A stretch of 64,000 nt of DNA, taken from the NCBI RefSeq assembly GCF_006345805.1, contig NC_043009.1, positions 42,470,001 through 42,534,000 on the forward strand. Reading direction: 5' to 3'. The first letter of the stretch is position 1; every line of letters starts with the position of its first letter. This DNA comes from Octopus sinensis (taxonomy: Eukaryota). The notes below the pieces were generated by a model. It searched no databases and was not told where the DNA came from. It worked only from the letters and a program-made list of their open reading frames with translations. Below are positions 52,701-64,000 of the stretch, piece after piece. The position numbers and the translations under genes were made by a program.

Positions 52701-52867
52701 CATGATGGGCTTCTTTCAGTTTCTGTCTACCAAATCCACTCACAAGGCTTTGGTCGGCCCAAGGCTATAGTAGAAGACACTTGCCTAAGGTGCCACACAG
52801 TGGGACTGACACCCAGAGCCATGTGGTTCGTAAGCAAGCTACTTACCACACAACCACTCCTACACCT
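52463..52867 (-). mobile_element. Family-A SINE, full length
   Basis: Complete architecture. Confidence 0.9.
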
Positions 52868-52900
52868 ACTTGAAGATGACGGATAAAAATAATAATAATG

Positions 52901-52969
<69 letters not shown>

Positions 52970-53218
52970 TCCTATCATAGTAGGTGCATTAGGCATGATA
53001 AAAAAATATTCAGACAAATACATAACAAAAACACCAGGAATTACAAACACATATAACATACAGAAAATTGCACTACTAGGCACTGCACACATCCTACGCA
53101 GAACACTTTCCATACAATAACCATCAGAGCATCACAACAAATCACAGCACATACCCAAGGCACACAGAGCTGCGCTCGGTAGTGAAGTGAAAGCACGCTA
53201 TAAAAATAAAACTACTAA
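52970..53218 (+). mobile_element. R4/Dong-like LINE 3' end embedded in (TAA)n
   Basis: PIIVGALGMIKKYSDKYITKTPGITNTYNIQKIALLGTAHILRRTLSIQ* (stop 53118-53120), intact frame, with TAA repeats on both sides. Confidence 0.85.
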
Positions 53219-53689
53219 ATAATAATAATAATAAGAAGAAGAAGAAGAATATGGGCCCTCACCTGCAAGGTCATGCACTGTTTATCTTGATATGAGATCA
53301 CCATGTTGTGCACACATGGTTGTGATGCATGTGCCTGGTGGACCCTTATCAGACAGGTAGTCATGATGGGTATATTGGGCTTCATATATTTGCACCCCAG
53401 TATCATTTTGATGGCATGCACTGCTCTCTCACTCAATAATAATAATAATAATAATAATAATAATTTAGGCACAAGACAAACAGTTTTTGCGAAGAAGCGG
53501 ATGTCATTTACATTGACTCCAGTTCTTGACTGATAATTATATTAAGGACTCTGTAAGGACGTAAGGCAAAGTTGCCCGTAATGTTAAGATTAAACATTTT
53601 GTCCTGTGTGCTTATGATTCTATCAGTTCACTGCCACAGTAATAATAATTATAAAGTTGTAACTGAGGCTGAAAATGTAAAATCTTGTA

Positions 53690-54110
53690 AAAGACCAAAA
53701 TAATTAAGTCTGTTTTGTGATTAACATAAGTATTCCTTGTAATCATAATACAGAGCCAAAAGAACTGGACAAGCTTAGAAAATACAAAGATTTGCTCATT
53801 GAAATTGAAAACAATGTGACATCTGAAGGCTGTTAAAATACCAGTGATTGCAGGAGCAAAAAAAGGAACTGAAAATTATTTGAGAATGATTTCTGGCTTA
53901 CCATTTCTGCAAAATGTGCAAAAGATTGCTTTAACTGATATATCACACATATTGAGATGAGCATTGTTGCTGCGAGAATGATAATCTCCCATGAACACTC
54001 TTGTGTGTTTATTTTAATGGCCTACAATGTATCTTTGCCCTAGGTGTCAGGAGACTTTCGGCAAGAAATGGGAACTAAATTGAAGGAATAACAAAATTCA
54101 TAATAATAAT
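53690..54110 (+). mobile_element. R4/Dong-like LINE 3' end (RLE domain, degenerate)
   Basis: CFVINISIPCNHNTEPKELDKLRKYKDLLIEIE..WHLKAVKIPVIAGA..VQKIALT..SHILR; ends in TAA repeats. Confidence 0.8.
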
Positions 54111-54641
54111 AATCATAAAAACTACTACTACTAGTATGATGATGATGATGATGATGATGATCGAGCAGTTACTGATACTTCAAACAACAATTCTTGTTAT
54201 CAAGATATTGAAACAAAGCATTGGATACATTCATTGTTGTCCAGTGTTTTTATCTTAGAGCCATGATGCATTAACACAGACATTTAAATGATGAACCACA
54301 AAGATTAAAAATGACATAGATTTTCTTTATCATTTCTTTTTTGTATAAAGGGTTGTTTCTTATTTTTTTCCGGACCAGGCTTTGGATTTGATGATCTGAT
54401 AAGAGTTTATGAAATAAGACAATGCTGAAGGATGCAGCCGTAATCTTACTGGGTCATCATTCTCGGCATCATCATCATCATCATCATCACCATCACTATC
54501 ATCATCACCATCATCATCATTATCATCATGATCATTAAGATAATCCATTAAGCTTATAGTGTTGAAAATCTATGAATATATCTACATGGATGGATATAAA
54601 TAAAGATGGATACGTATATACATACATAAATGCATGCATAT

Positions 54642-54675
<34 letters not shown>

Positions 54676-55040
54676 GTCATTCATCTTTCATAAGTAAAAG
54701 ACAAAAAATACCTTTTAGTCGATTTTTTCAACTATAACCTTGATGAATTTTAGTTAAACAAATCAACCCCAGGACTTTGTTTTTTAAGCTTAGTATTTAT
54801 TCTATTGGTCTCTTTTGCTGAACTGCTAAGCTACAGTGTCATAAACACACCAACACTGGTTATCAAGCAGTGTGGGGGAGAAAGATACACTCATAGATAC
54901 ATACATACATATATATATAATTATATATATATGTCCGTATATATACGTATATATATATATATACGTACATATATATACTTACACACATATATATATATAC
55001 ATATATATATACATACAGACATATACATATATGCACATAT

Positions 55041-55088
<48 letters not shown>

Positions 55089-55540
55089 ATACATGTATAT
55101 ATGTATATATAATCTACTAATATAATAATTTTAAATCCTACTATATCGTATAATAAAATAAAGTACATTAGAATTAATTAAAAATTATATAAACACATTT
55201 TAAAAATATATATACCTTACCTGTTATTCGTCTGTGGGGAAAGAAGATAATTCTGTGCTGGTGGGTTGTTTTACCAGGCTATACTTAATACATAAATCCA
55301 CCAGTGCGTCCTCAGGCTGTTTTTTTTATATTAATATTATTAACGGATCCTACTTAATCATACAAAATTCTAAGATATCTTCATTAATATAAGAATAAAA
55401 ATAAGAATATCTATATAAATTACTTCCTAATATATTTTTACAAAATTTAAAATATTTTAAAAATAAAAAAATTATAAAATTACAAAATTTTAAATAATTC
55501 ATAAAAATTTAATAAAATTAAACACCTAAAAATATAATAA

Positions 55541-55592
<52 letters not shown>

Positions 55593-55899
55593 GCCAAACA
55601 TAAAGAAACTCTCATCGACTATCATCAAATTAAACCGCCTATCTATATACACTCTACGGGAATTAATAGTTTATTGTGAAATTTACCCCTATCAATACTA
55701 TTATATGTTACCATTATTATGTCAAACGCAAGTTAATAATATTTAAAAAGTAAAAAGCCTCTATATATGTTATAAATTTATTGAATAAAAATAGTAAATG
55801 AAACTATTTACCACAATTAATAAAGGAAGAATACTTATCTGCATGTTTACTCCTTCTTTAACCTGTGCAAATGGCTGCACCTTCTGTCCTGTGCTAAAT

Positions 55900-57645
55900 A
55901 TTATGGGAATAAAAAACACTACTCTAAAATAATTTGAGAGTTAACAAAAAAGTATAAAATGAAGTAAATAACGAAAATGTATAAAATTGTTAATGAAGAT
56001 AAATAACAATAACAATATATCTAAAAATGTCAAGACGAAATATGGTTTAGAAAATAGAACTGAACCATATGTCCCTATACACCCTAGAATAACCATTAAG
56101 GACCATAAAAACAATTTTTATTCTAGCCATCAAGTAAGACTGATATGCCCAAGTAAATCCGATATAGGAAGATTAAGTAAACTTATGTTAGATAAATATA
56201 TAGATAAACTTAATACAGGAAATAACCTTAAATTATGGAGTTGTACCCGAGATACATTAAATTGGTTCAGCAATATTAAGGATAAAAATAGGTGTAAATT
56301 TATCCAAAGAGATTTGAAAATTATTATTCAGCTATTAACGAGATTATTCTAAATAAGGCCCTCACATATGCTATGAGAAAGGTTAATATGACATATGATG
56401 AAGTTAATGTAGTACTTTCGGCGAGGAAATCCCTAATTAGGTATAAAAATAAACTATGGGCGAGGAAGGACACAAGGGATTGCTGCGATATACCCGCGGG
56501 TGCCCCAGACTCAGCACAAATAACAGATTTAGTAGGAAGATACCTATTATCTGAACTTGGGTTAAAACATCTTAACTTAGAAGGAGGTCTTTATAAAGAT
56601 GACCTAATCCTAATAACGAAAAACTGCACTAATATATCATTAGAAAATATAAAGAAAAATATATAATTTTTTTAAAGAATTATAGTCTTGATATATGTAT
56701 AGAGAAAGAGCATTCTGCCGTTAACTACCTGGATGCAAACCTAAACTTAGTAACCAATAGAACCCAACCATTCCATCAATTAAAGGAGAATCTAAAGTAC
56801 ATTAATGCCCATAGCAACCGCCCTCACTCAGTCAAACAAGCACTAATAGAAAATATAGATAAAAGAATTTCCATGTTATCCTCGGATATAGACACCTTTA
56901 ATAAACATGCCTCTTACTATAATAGAGCATTAAAAGAAGCAGGATATAATACGAAAATTAAATTCTATAATAATTACGGACCAAATAATAATACTAGGAA
57001 TCATCCTAACGCTCAAACTAACTACAGAGGTAATAGCAAAGATAATAATAAACAATATAAGGAAAGAAATAAAGATAAATATAATATAAGTATAAATAAA
57101 AATAATATTAATAAAAGTGCTCATAGTAAGGATAATACCAAAAAGAATTCGAATGGAAATAAGCATAATTATTATACACCCACGAAGAATACAAAGACCA
57201 AGAACAATAATAATAAGATGAATTATAATAATAGTAATATTAATAATAAAAAACATAAGGAAATAATATGGTTAATTATCCCTTATGGAGTCCAAATCGA
57301 AACTAACTTAATTAAAGAAATTCTGAAAATAATTAAAATATCTTTTAAAAAGAATAAAGAGTATTCGAAAATATTCTCAAAAAACCCATCAGAGTGGGAT
57401 ATTCGACAACAAGAAACATTAGTAATATTATATCCTCTATAAACAACGTTAAATTAAATAAATTCTTTAATAACAATTTAACTAATATTAATAATAGTTA
57501 CGGAAGAAATGTAACAAACAAAAAACATAACCTTATACTAAATAAATGTACATGTAAAGATAAATAAAAAGTTAGAAGTAATAATAATTGCAACCTAGAT
57601 AATGTAATTTATAAATGTACTGTAAGCTCAAATAATAATAGTAAT
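55900..57645 (+). mobile_element. Penelope-like element (RT plus start of C-terminal GIY-YIG), Hydra-clade-like, about three frameshifts
   Basis: ITIKDHKNNF..VRLICPSKSDIG; FIQRDLK/NYYSAI; GAPDSAQITDLVG; GLYKDD; VNYLDANLNL; YINAHSNRPHS..YYNRALKEAGY; IIWLIIPY; VGYSTTRN; KCTCKDK..NVIYKCTV. Cut by (TG)n at about 57649. Confidence 0.9.
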
Positions 57646-57647
57646 AA

Positions 57648-57686
<39 letters not shown>

Positions 57687-57857
57687 TGTGTTCTACCTGT
57701 TATGCTACTCTAGCATCAAATTTATATTCGAAAATAAAGGTAAGGAAAAATTCTTTTATGCTAGCTCATCTTGTTCTTGCTTCTTTTTTTTTGTATTCAA
57801 ATCCTCCTTGTCAAAAAATTTTAATCACTTAGAATTCCAATGCAATAAATAAATACC

Positions 57858-58078
57858 TATTTCTTTATTACCCACAAGGGGCTAAACACAGAGGGGACAA
57901 ACAAGGACAGACATAGGTATTAAGTCGATTACATCGACCTCAGTGCGTAACTGGTACTTAATTTATCGACCCTGAAAGGATGAAAGGCAAAGTCGACCTC
58001 GGCGGAATTCGAACTCACAACGTAACGCAGACGAAATACCGCTAAGCATTTCGCCCGGCGTGCTAACGTTTCTGCCAG
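57858..58078 (-). mobile_element. Extended-tail family-B SINE, near consensus
   Basis: Tail CCCCTTGTGGGTAATAAAGAAATA followed by GGTATTT. Confidence 0.9.
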
Positions 58079-58411
58079 TGATCTACTGCCACCTCGGTGT
58101 CCACATTCTATTTAGTATGGTGGAGATTACCCTCTCAAGGCGCCAGGTGTTAAAACACCTGCAAGTCATGGACAGGTGAGACAACTCGTCCCAAATCCCA
58201 TTTAAGACTGATGGATGTCAATATTTTGCCATTTTTGTGATTTATCAACATCATACATGCAAACTGAATTGGAATTGAATAAACTACTAATCAATGACTT
58301 ATGTGCAAATATCGGGAAAGCTATAGGCTGGTATGGCTTAGAAAATACATTGGCAATTAACAAGTACCTTAACCCCTTGGGGGTCGATGGGGTGCTTCAG
58401 CCATGCAGCAT

Positions 58412-58842
58412 ATAGGCATAGGAGTGGCTGTGTGGTAAGTAGCTTGCTTACCAACCACATGGTTCCGGGTTCAGTCCCACTGCGTAGCACCTTGGACAAG
58501 TGCCTTCTACTATAGCCTCGGGCCGACCAAAGCCTTGTGTGTGGATTTGGTAGGTGGAAACTGATAGAAGCCCGTCGTATATATGTATATGTATATATAT
58601 GTATGTGTGTGTGTGTGTGTATGTTTGTGTGTCTGTAAAAGAGTAAAAGAGTATCTAGAGCAAAAACGCCTGGTGGAGTTTAACTCATCAGGTTAAACCC
58701 ATTTCTACGTCTATGTGGACTAGAGCAATGTAAAACGAAGTGTTTTTCTCAAAAACACAACACACAGCCTAGTCCAGGGATCAAAATAGCTATCTTATGA
58801 TCGTGAGTCCGACACCCTAACCACTTAGCCATCTGCTTCCAT
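58412..58842. mobile_element. Family-A SINE with its tail module deleted (58412-58652 +) and a CORE-variant SINE (58700-58842 -)
   Basis: The family-A head and microsatellite join directly to TAAAAGAGTAAAAGAG. Reverse tRNA-like head TGGCTAAGTGGTTAGGGTGTCGGACTC. Confidence 0.75.
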
Positions 58843-60117
58843 GGAAAATGGATACACAAGAATAAATTCAAATATAAATAGAAGCAATGCTAATGTAATA
58901 AACCTTACGGATCACACATACTTAATGTACATGATCCGTGTATTTGCTGGAAGGCTGCGATTTGGTATGATGGAGGTGACTCTCTTAAAGTATTGCGCGT
59001 TAAAGCACCTGAAAGTCATGGAGAAGCAAGACAACTCATTTCCAACGCCATTCAAGAGTATTCTTTTGGTATCATATCTGTGTTGAAATATACGGCCTAT
59101 ATTTCAATTAATTTTTTAAATAATAAAGTATTTACTAAAATAAGTTCGTCATTATTAATCTGGTGTTTGAAATAATAAATTAGCATTAAATTTTGATGGA
59201 AAATTTTCATTTCAATTACTCAAAAACAAGAGATTTGTATCATAGAATCGAAATCAGTCTTAGGCAAGTTGGTGGCATCAAAATGGTTAAACTTTTCCAT
59301 GACATCCAAATTCACTGTCCTTTGTAAACTGCTGCTACATCACACCATTGCAGACCAATTATAGTCCATTGGCACCTTAGACATCTTAGAATTAAATGGG
59401 TTTTTTTTCCAAAGAATAAAGAGAAATTCTAAATTCAAATTAATTACATTCACCCACTTCCAAGCACCATTACTTAATTCAGTTCCTGGTCTTTTACTTT
59501 CTGTTTCCTCAGTTTTCATCAGTTTTCTGTCTCTTATCTACTCCCACCCCACAATTTCTGTTTGTGCTTTTTTCTTCTTGCTTATTTGCATCTTAATTTT
59601 TTTTGTTTGAAGTCTTTACAAATCTCTTTCTCTTCTTTTCCTTTTCTATTGGTGTCTTACTAACACTCAATTTGTTATCCTCTCTCACACTCTTCCTACT
59701 CTCCTCTAAGTGATTCTCCCTCTATCTCTTTCTTCTTTTTCTCTATTTCTCTCAATATATAGCTTTGTAAATATTTCTTTCTCTTTCTATCACTCTCGCC
59801 TCTCATTTTATTACTGTCGAGTCTTCTTCATCCCGTCTCTATCCATATAAATAAATAAGTAGATAAGAATATCTTGAAGAAAATTATCGTTGTTCCAAAA
59901 CAATTCAAACAAATATATATATATACATTCATATACATACATGAATATTCACAGACAAATACATACAAATATACATGCATACATAGATACATATAAATAC
60001 ATATATATATACATACATACATACGTGTGTATATGTGTGCATGTATGCATACGTACATTTCGATAGAAAGATAAGCAAATGCATAGATAGATAGATAGAT
60101 AGATACATTGATAGATA

Positions 60118-60428
60118 TGTTTCTTTATTAGCCACACAGGGCTGCACACAGACAGGACAAAATTACAAGGTAGAGCTTTTATTTTGGGAGCAAAAGAAGG
60201 GGGTTTGGTTTTCGATCAAAAGGGATCGTAAATGGAAAGAAAGAGGACAAAAAAAGTGGGGATATAATACAATTTAAAAAAAAAGGGGGGATTTGATCAA
60301 TAGGGATCGTTATCACAGAAATGTCAATATGAAGTGTAAAGGGGAGGACAGGTGAGGTTTACCCGTGGAAAGAAAAGCCTACAGAAAAGACCACGGTAAC
60401 CTCGGTCAATGAAGTCACATGTTATATT
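60118..60428 (-). mobile_element. Putative LINE (L1/Tx1-like) 3' UTR ending in AATAAAGAAA, inserted in (GATA)n
   Basis: Minus strand ends CCTTGTAATTTTGTCCTGTCTGTGTGCAGCCCTGTGTGGCTAATAAAGAAA. The clade assignment is from recollection only; no ORF is present. Confidence 0.5.
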
Positions 60429-60556
60429 TCTTTTTTTTTTGCAAATAAGCAACTCTCTGTATTAATTTTTACGGTTCATAGAATCATAGTCATCCTTGCT
60501 ACATTCACCCATCTTTTTTTAAAACATTCACTAGACAAAACTTGCCTCTCTACATT

Positions 60557-60630
<74 letters not shown>

Positions 60631-60748
60631 CAGGTTAACAAAGATTTAAAGAATATTATTAACAGAAACAAACAAACAACTTGGGGATTTATTTTGAATA
60701 GAAATATTTTCATATTGTGAATCAAACATTAACAACATCAACAACCAC

Positions 60749-60780
<32 letters not shown>

Positions 60781-60795
60781 ATAGTAGTAGTAGTA

Positions 60796-60855
<60 letters not shown>

Positions 60856-61015
60856 AAAGAAAGTGTGACATAAACGGAGTCTTAAAAGCAAAATAAAGAA
60901 TTATATGTTTGTAAAATAAAAAATCAAATATTAAAAAAGCCAACAAATATGAACTGAGAAAAAAAAATTGGTATCAATGCGTTTTATTGATTCTGAGAGA
61001 TATAAGGCATAGGTA

Positions 61016-61052
<37 letters not shown>

Positions 61053-61544
61053 ACAAAGGAGAGAGACAGAGTAACAGATACAGTACATAGGCAAGAGTGG
61101 GGGGCAGAAAGTGAGAAAAAGAGAGCAGGGGGTGAGAGAGTAAGGAGAAGAAGGGAGGGAAGAGTTAGGTTTCTCTACGGTTGTTTCACACCTTACATAC
61201 TTTGTAATGCTTTAGTACAGTTGTTGGTACCAATGTCAGAGAGAATGTGATGGGGAGGGGAGAGTTTGGTGAGGATCTGAATAAGGAAAAAAGAAGGAGG
61301 GGTAGGAAAGGGGTGGAGGAAGTGAGAAAGAGAGGAGTGGGTGGGAAGAAAAGAACGAAACAAAGTTGTGGTGACGGTGCAATGTGTGTGTATACATACA
61401 CATATAAATAAACACACACATATATATTATATATATATATTATATATATATTATATACTTATATTTGCTCGTAAATATACACGTATACATACATGCGTAC
61501 GTATATATTTTTGTACATATGTATCTGCATATGCATATATATGT

Positions 61545-61576
<32 letters not shown>

Positions 61577-61833
61577 ATATAATACATATATATATATATA
61601 CATATATATATGCATAAATATATATACATATAAATATTTATGTAACATGTTTTTATACATATAAATACATATAAATATGCATATATATACGTATGAGTGT
61701 GTGTGTATATGTATGTGTGTGTACATAAAGAGAAAAAGAGAAATAGGTGAGAGGACGTGTGAAATATACATATATATATATATATATATACATACATACA
61801 TACACACACACACGTATATATATATATATAAGA

Positions 61834-61890
<57 letters not shown>

Positions 61891-62279
61891 CACACCACTA
61901 AAAAGAAAGTGAAGGAATGATAGTGATAGAATTAGGGAAAGAGTGAGAGATCATAAGAAAGGGAAAGAGCTAAAGTATGAGACAGCAATAAAGAAAGTGA
62001 AAAAAAACATAAAAAGAAGAAATGAAGGAGGGAAGATGTTTCCATTAGTTGTAGTGGTGGTTGGGGGGGGGTGAAGGAGAAGAAGTGCCTGCCAGAAAGG
62101 TGTGAAGCTGGAAAAAGGTGAGAGCATATTTTATTAAAAGTCAGTTCAGGCACCAAACAGAATGTAACCAACAAGAGAGGTGCCGAAGTTGTTTGATAAA
62201 GTTGCATATGATGTGAAGGTCGGGGGGCCAGGAGATGTGCGCGTGTTTTAGTGAGTGTACGTATTCGTGTACCTGTGTA

Positions 62280-62313
<34 letters not shown>

Positions 62314-62461
62314 TATAGTTGCTAAGTTGTTTTGTTGCGAAACAGTGGAGGTGATGAGGAGGCTGGATGAAGTGTGGGAAGAGAACTAAGACTACTTAGA
62401 GATGACAGAAAAGAGAAAGTAACTCTAAATAGACACAGTAAGAAAGATAAAGAAACAGATG

Positions 62462-62498
<37 letters not shown>

Positions 62499-62609
62499 TG
62501 TGTGTGAGAGAGAGAAGGCAAGGAGAAGTAGGAAGAATATAAAGAAGTGCTAAAAGTGAGGAAGATGAGCAGAACAAAAGAAAACCAAAAATAATATATA
62601 TTTACATAC

Positions 62610-62648
<39 letters not shown>

Positions 62649-63319
62649 GCACATACCACTATATTTGTATATATATATATATATATATCATACATATATA
62701 TATATATATAATATATATATATATATAATATATACATATTTATATATATGTATATATATGCAGATGGTGAGAAAAACGTTTGCGCTGCTGTTTTTTGCCT
62801 TTTCTTTTGTGGTATTGAAGAGAAAGATAATTGGTCTTATTTCAAGTTACCCCTTAATCATTCCATTGTATATAAGAATATATATATGTAAGTATACACA
62901 CACATACAAGTGTTTATGCATGTATATAGGTGTAATATACATACATACTAACATACATACATATATATATATATGATGGAACCAGTGATATTTTTGTATG
63001 AATGATGAGCTAAACTGAAACAAAAAGAAAGGGAAAAAAAGACAAATAAAAAATATGTTTAAAAAAAAAAAACAACGTAACATCATAGAAATAAAAAAAG
63101 TAGAAGAATATAATTTAGTAGATTTTTATGTGCAGAATAAAAGACCAGTTTTCTTAATCAATTAAAGCGTTTCAGTATCGGCTGAAGTCAGGATAATCCA
63201 ATAATGCAAAAATGGTAACGAATTAATAGAGTGAATGAAGAACAAGAAAAATACAAAGGTCACATCAATTTTCAATTAATTTCAATTAAGAATATCCTCT
63301 TACACTTCTTATTGCCTCT

Positions 63320-63803
63320 GCTTTCGCTTGTTTTTGTTGACGCAACTTTTCTTTTAATTTTTAGTTGTGCTTTGCATATAACAGCTGTTGTTGTTATTGT
63401 TGTTGTTGATGATGTTATTGTTGTTAAAGGTGCATGCGTTACTGTTACAACTGTTGTTGTTTTGTTTACATTGATGATCTTCATTAATTTTTGTTGTTGT
63501 TGTTGTTACTGTTGTTGTTGTTGTTGTTGTTGATTATGCTGTTGATAGTGGTGTATTTGTTGTTGTTACTGTTATTGTTTTTCTTGTTGTTGTTGTTGTT
63601 GTTGTTGTTGTTGCTTATGCTACAACTGCTGTTGTTAGCACCAGTAGTGTTGCTGTTGTTGTTATTGCTGTTGTTGTCAGTGGTGGAGTTTCTGTTTCAA
63701 ATATTGTTGTTGCAGCTATCTTCTTTGTTATTGTTGATGGCATGCTGGTAGTGGTGGTGGTAGGGTGGTGGCTGTTGTTAAGACAGTAGTGGTGGTGGTG
63801 ATG

Positions 63804-63839
<36 letters not shown>

Positions 63840-63916
63840 ATGGTAGTGGTAGCAGTAGTAGTAGTAGTAGTAGTAGTGGTAGCAGTAGTAGTAGTAGTGG
63901 TGGTCGTAGTAGCAGC

Positions 63917-63952
<36 letters not shown>

Positions 63953-64000
63953 AGTGGTAGCGGTAGCAGTAGTAGTAGTAATAGTGGTGGTGGTGGTAGT
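63320..64000. repeat. Compound (GTT/GTA/GGT)n tract running off the window end
   Basis: Direct inspection. Confidence 0.9.

Noticed and set aside
55900-57645. Naiad-type PLE or selenoprotein recoding
   Set aside because: Naiads have an N-terminal endonuclease, whereas here the EN is C-terminal. The in-frame TGA near 55935 is not at a Cys position, and the stop in the Cys cluster is TAA.
58353-58368. Possible degenerate TSD partner for the 57858 SINE (would imply a ~275-bp 5' transduction)
   Set aside because: Only 13/16 identity around a near-consensus copy, and the match overlaps a SINE-body-like remnant (AAGTACC...GGGGTCGAT).
63175-63213. 39-nt plus-strand exon-like segment between TTTCAG and GTAACG
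   Set aside because: Stop codons in all three frames.

Overview
Repeat-saturated, AT-rich animal genomic DNA, probably a long intron or intergenic tract. The SINE families resemble those I recall from Octopus (coleoid cephalopod); this is inferred, not searched. There is no convincing multi-codon host exon, RNA gene or CRISPR array. Nearly all supplied ORFs are microsatellite artefacts. The ORFs with recognisable protein motifs are transposon remnants: Neptune-like and Hydra-clade-like Penelope elements, two mariners, a Ty3/Gypsy LTR with gag, R4/Dong 3' ends and an RTE 3' end. Also present are a non-autonomous Helitron, several MITEs/foldbacks and dozens of SINEs (family A: CORE-type with an internal microsatellite; family B: Meta/MESC-like; family C: RTE/Ceph-like). 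The most striking signal is a young family-B SINE subfamily with a LINE-like 3' tail. It inserts with 12-17 bp TSDs, usually forms a GAAATA-NN-TATTT mini-palindrome at its 3' junction, and nests inside other SINEs. In two cases it carries extra 5' sequence; one of these is a 580-bp inverted copy of a locus about 10.5 kb away. Minimal hammerhead-like motifs mark the Penelope 3' ends. A few splice-flanked microexon candidates are low confidence. Coordinates were read by eye and may be off by a few bases.
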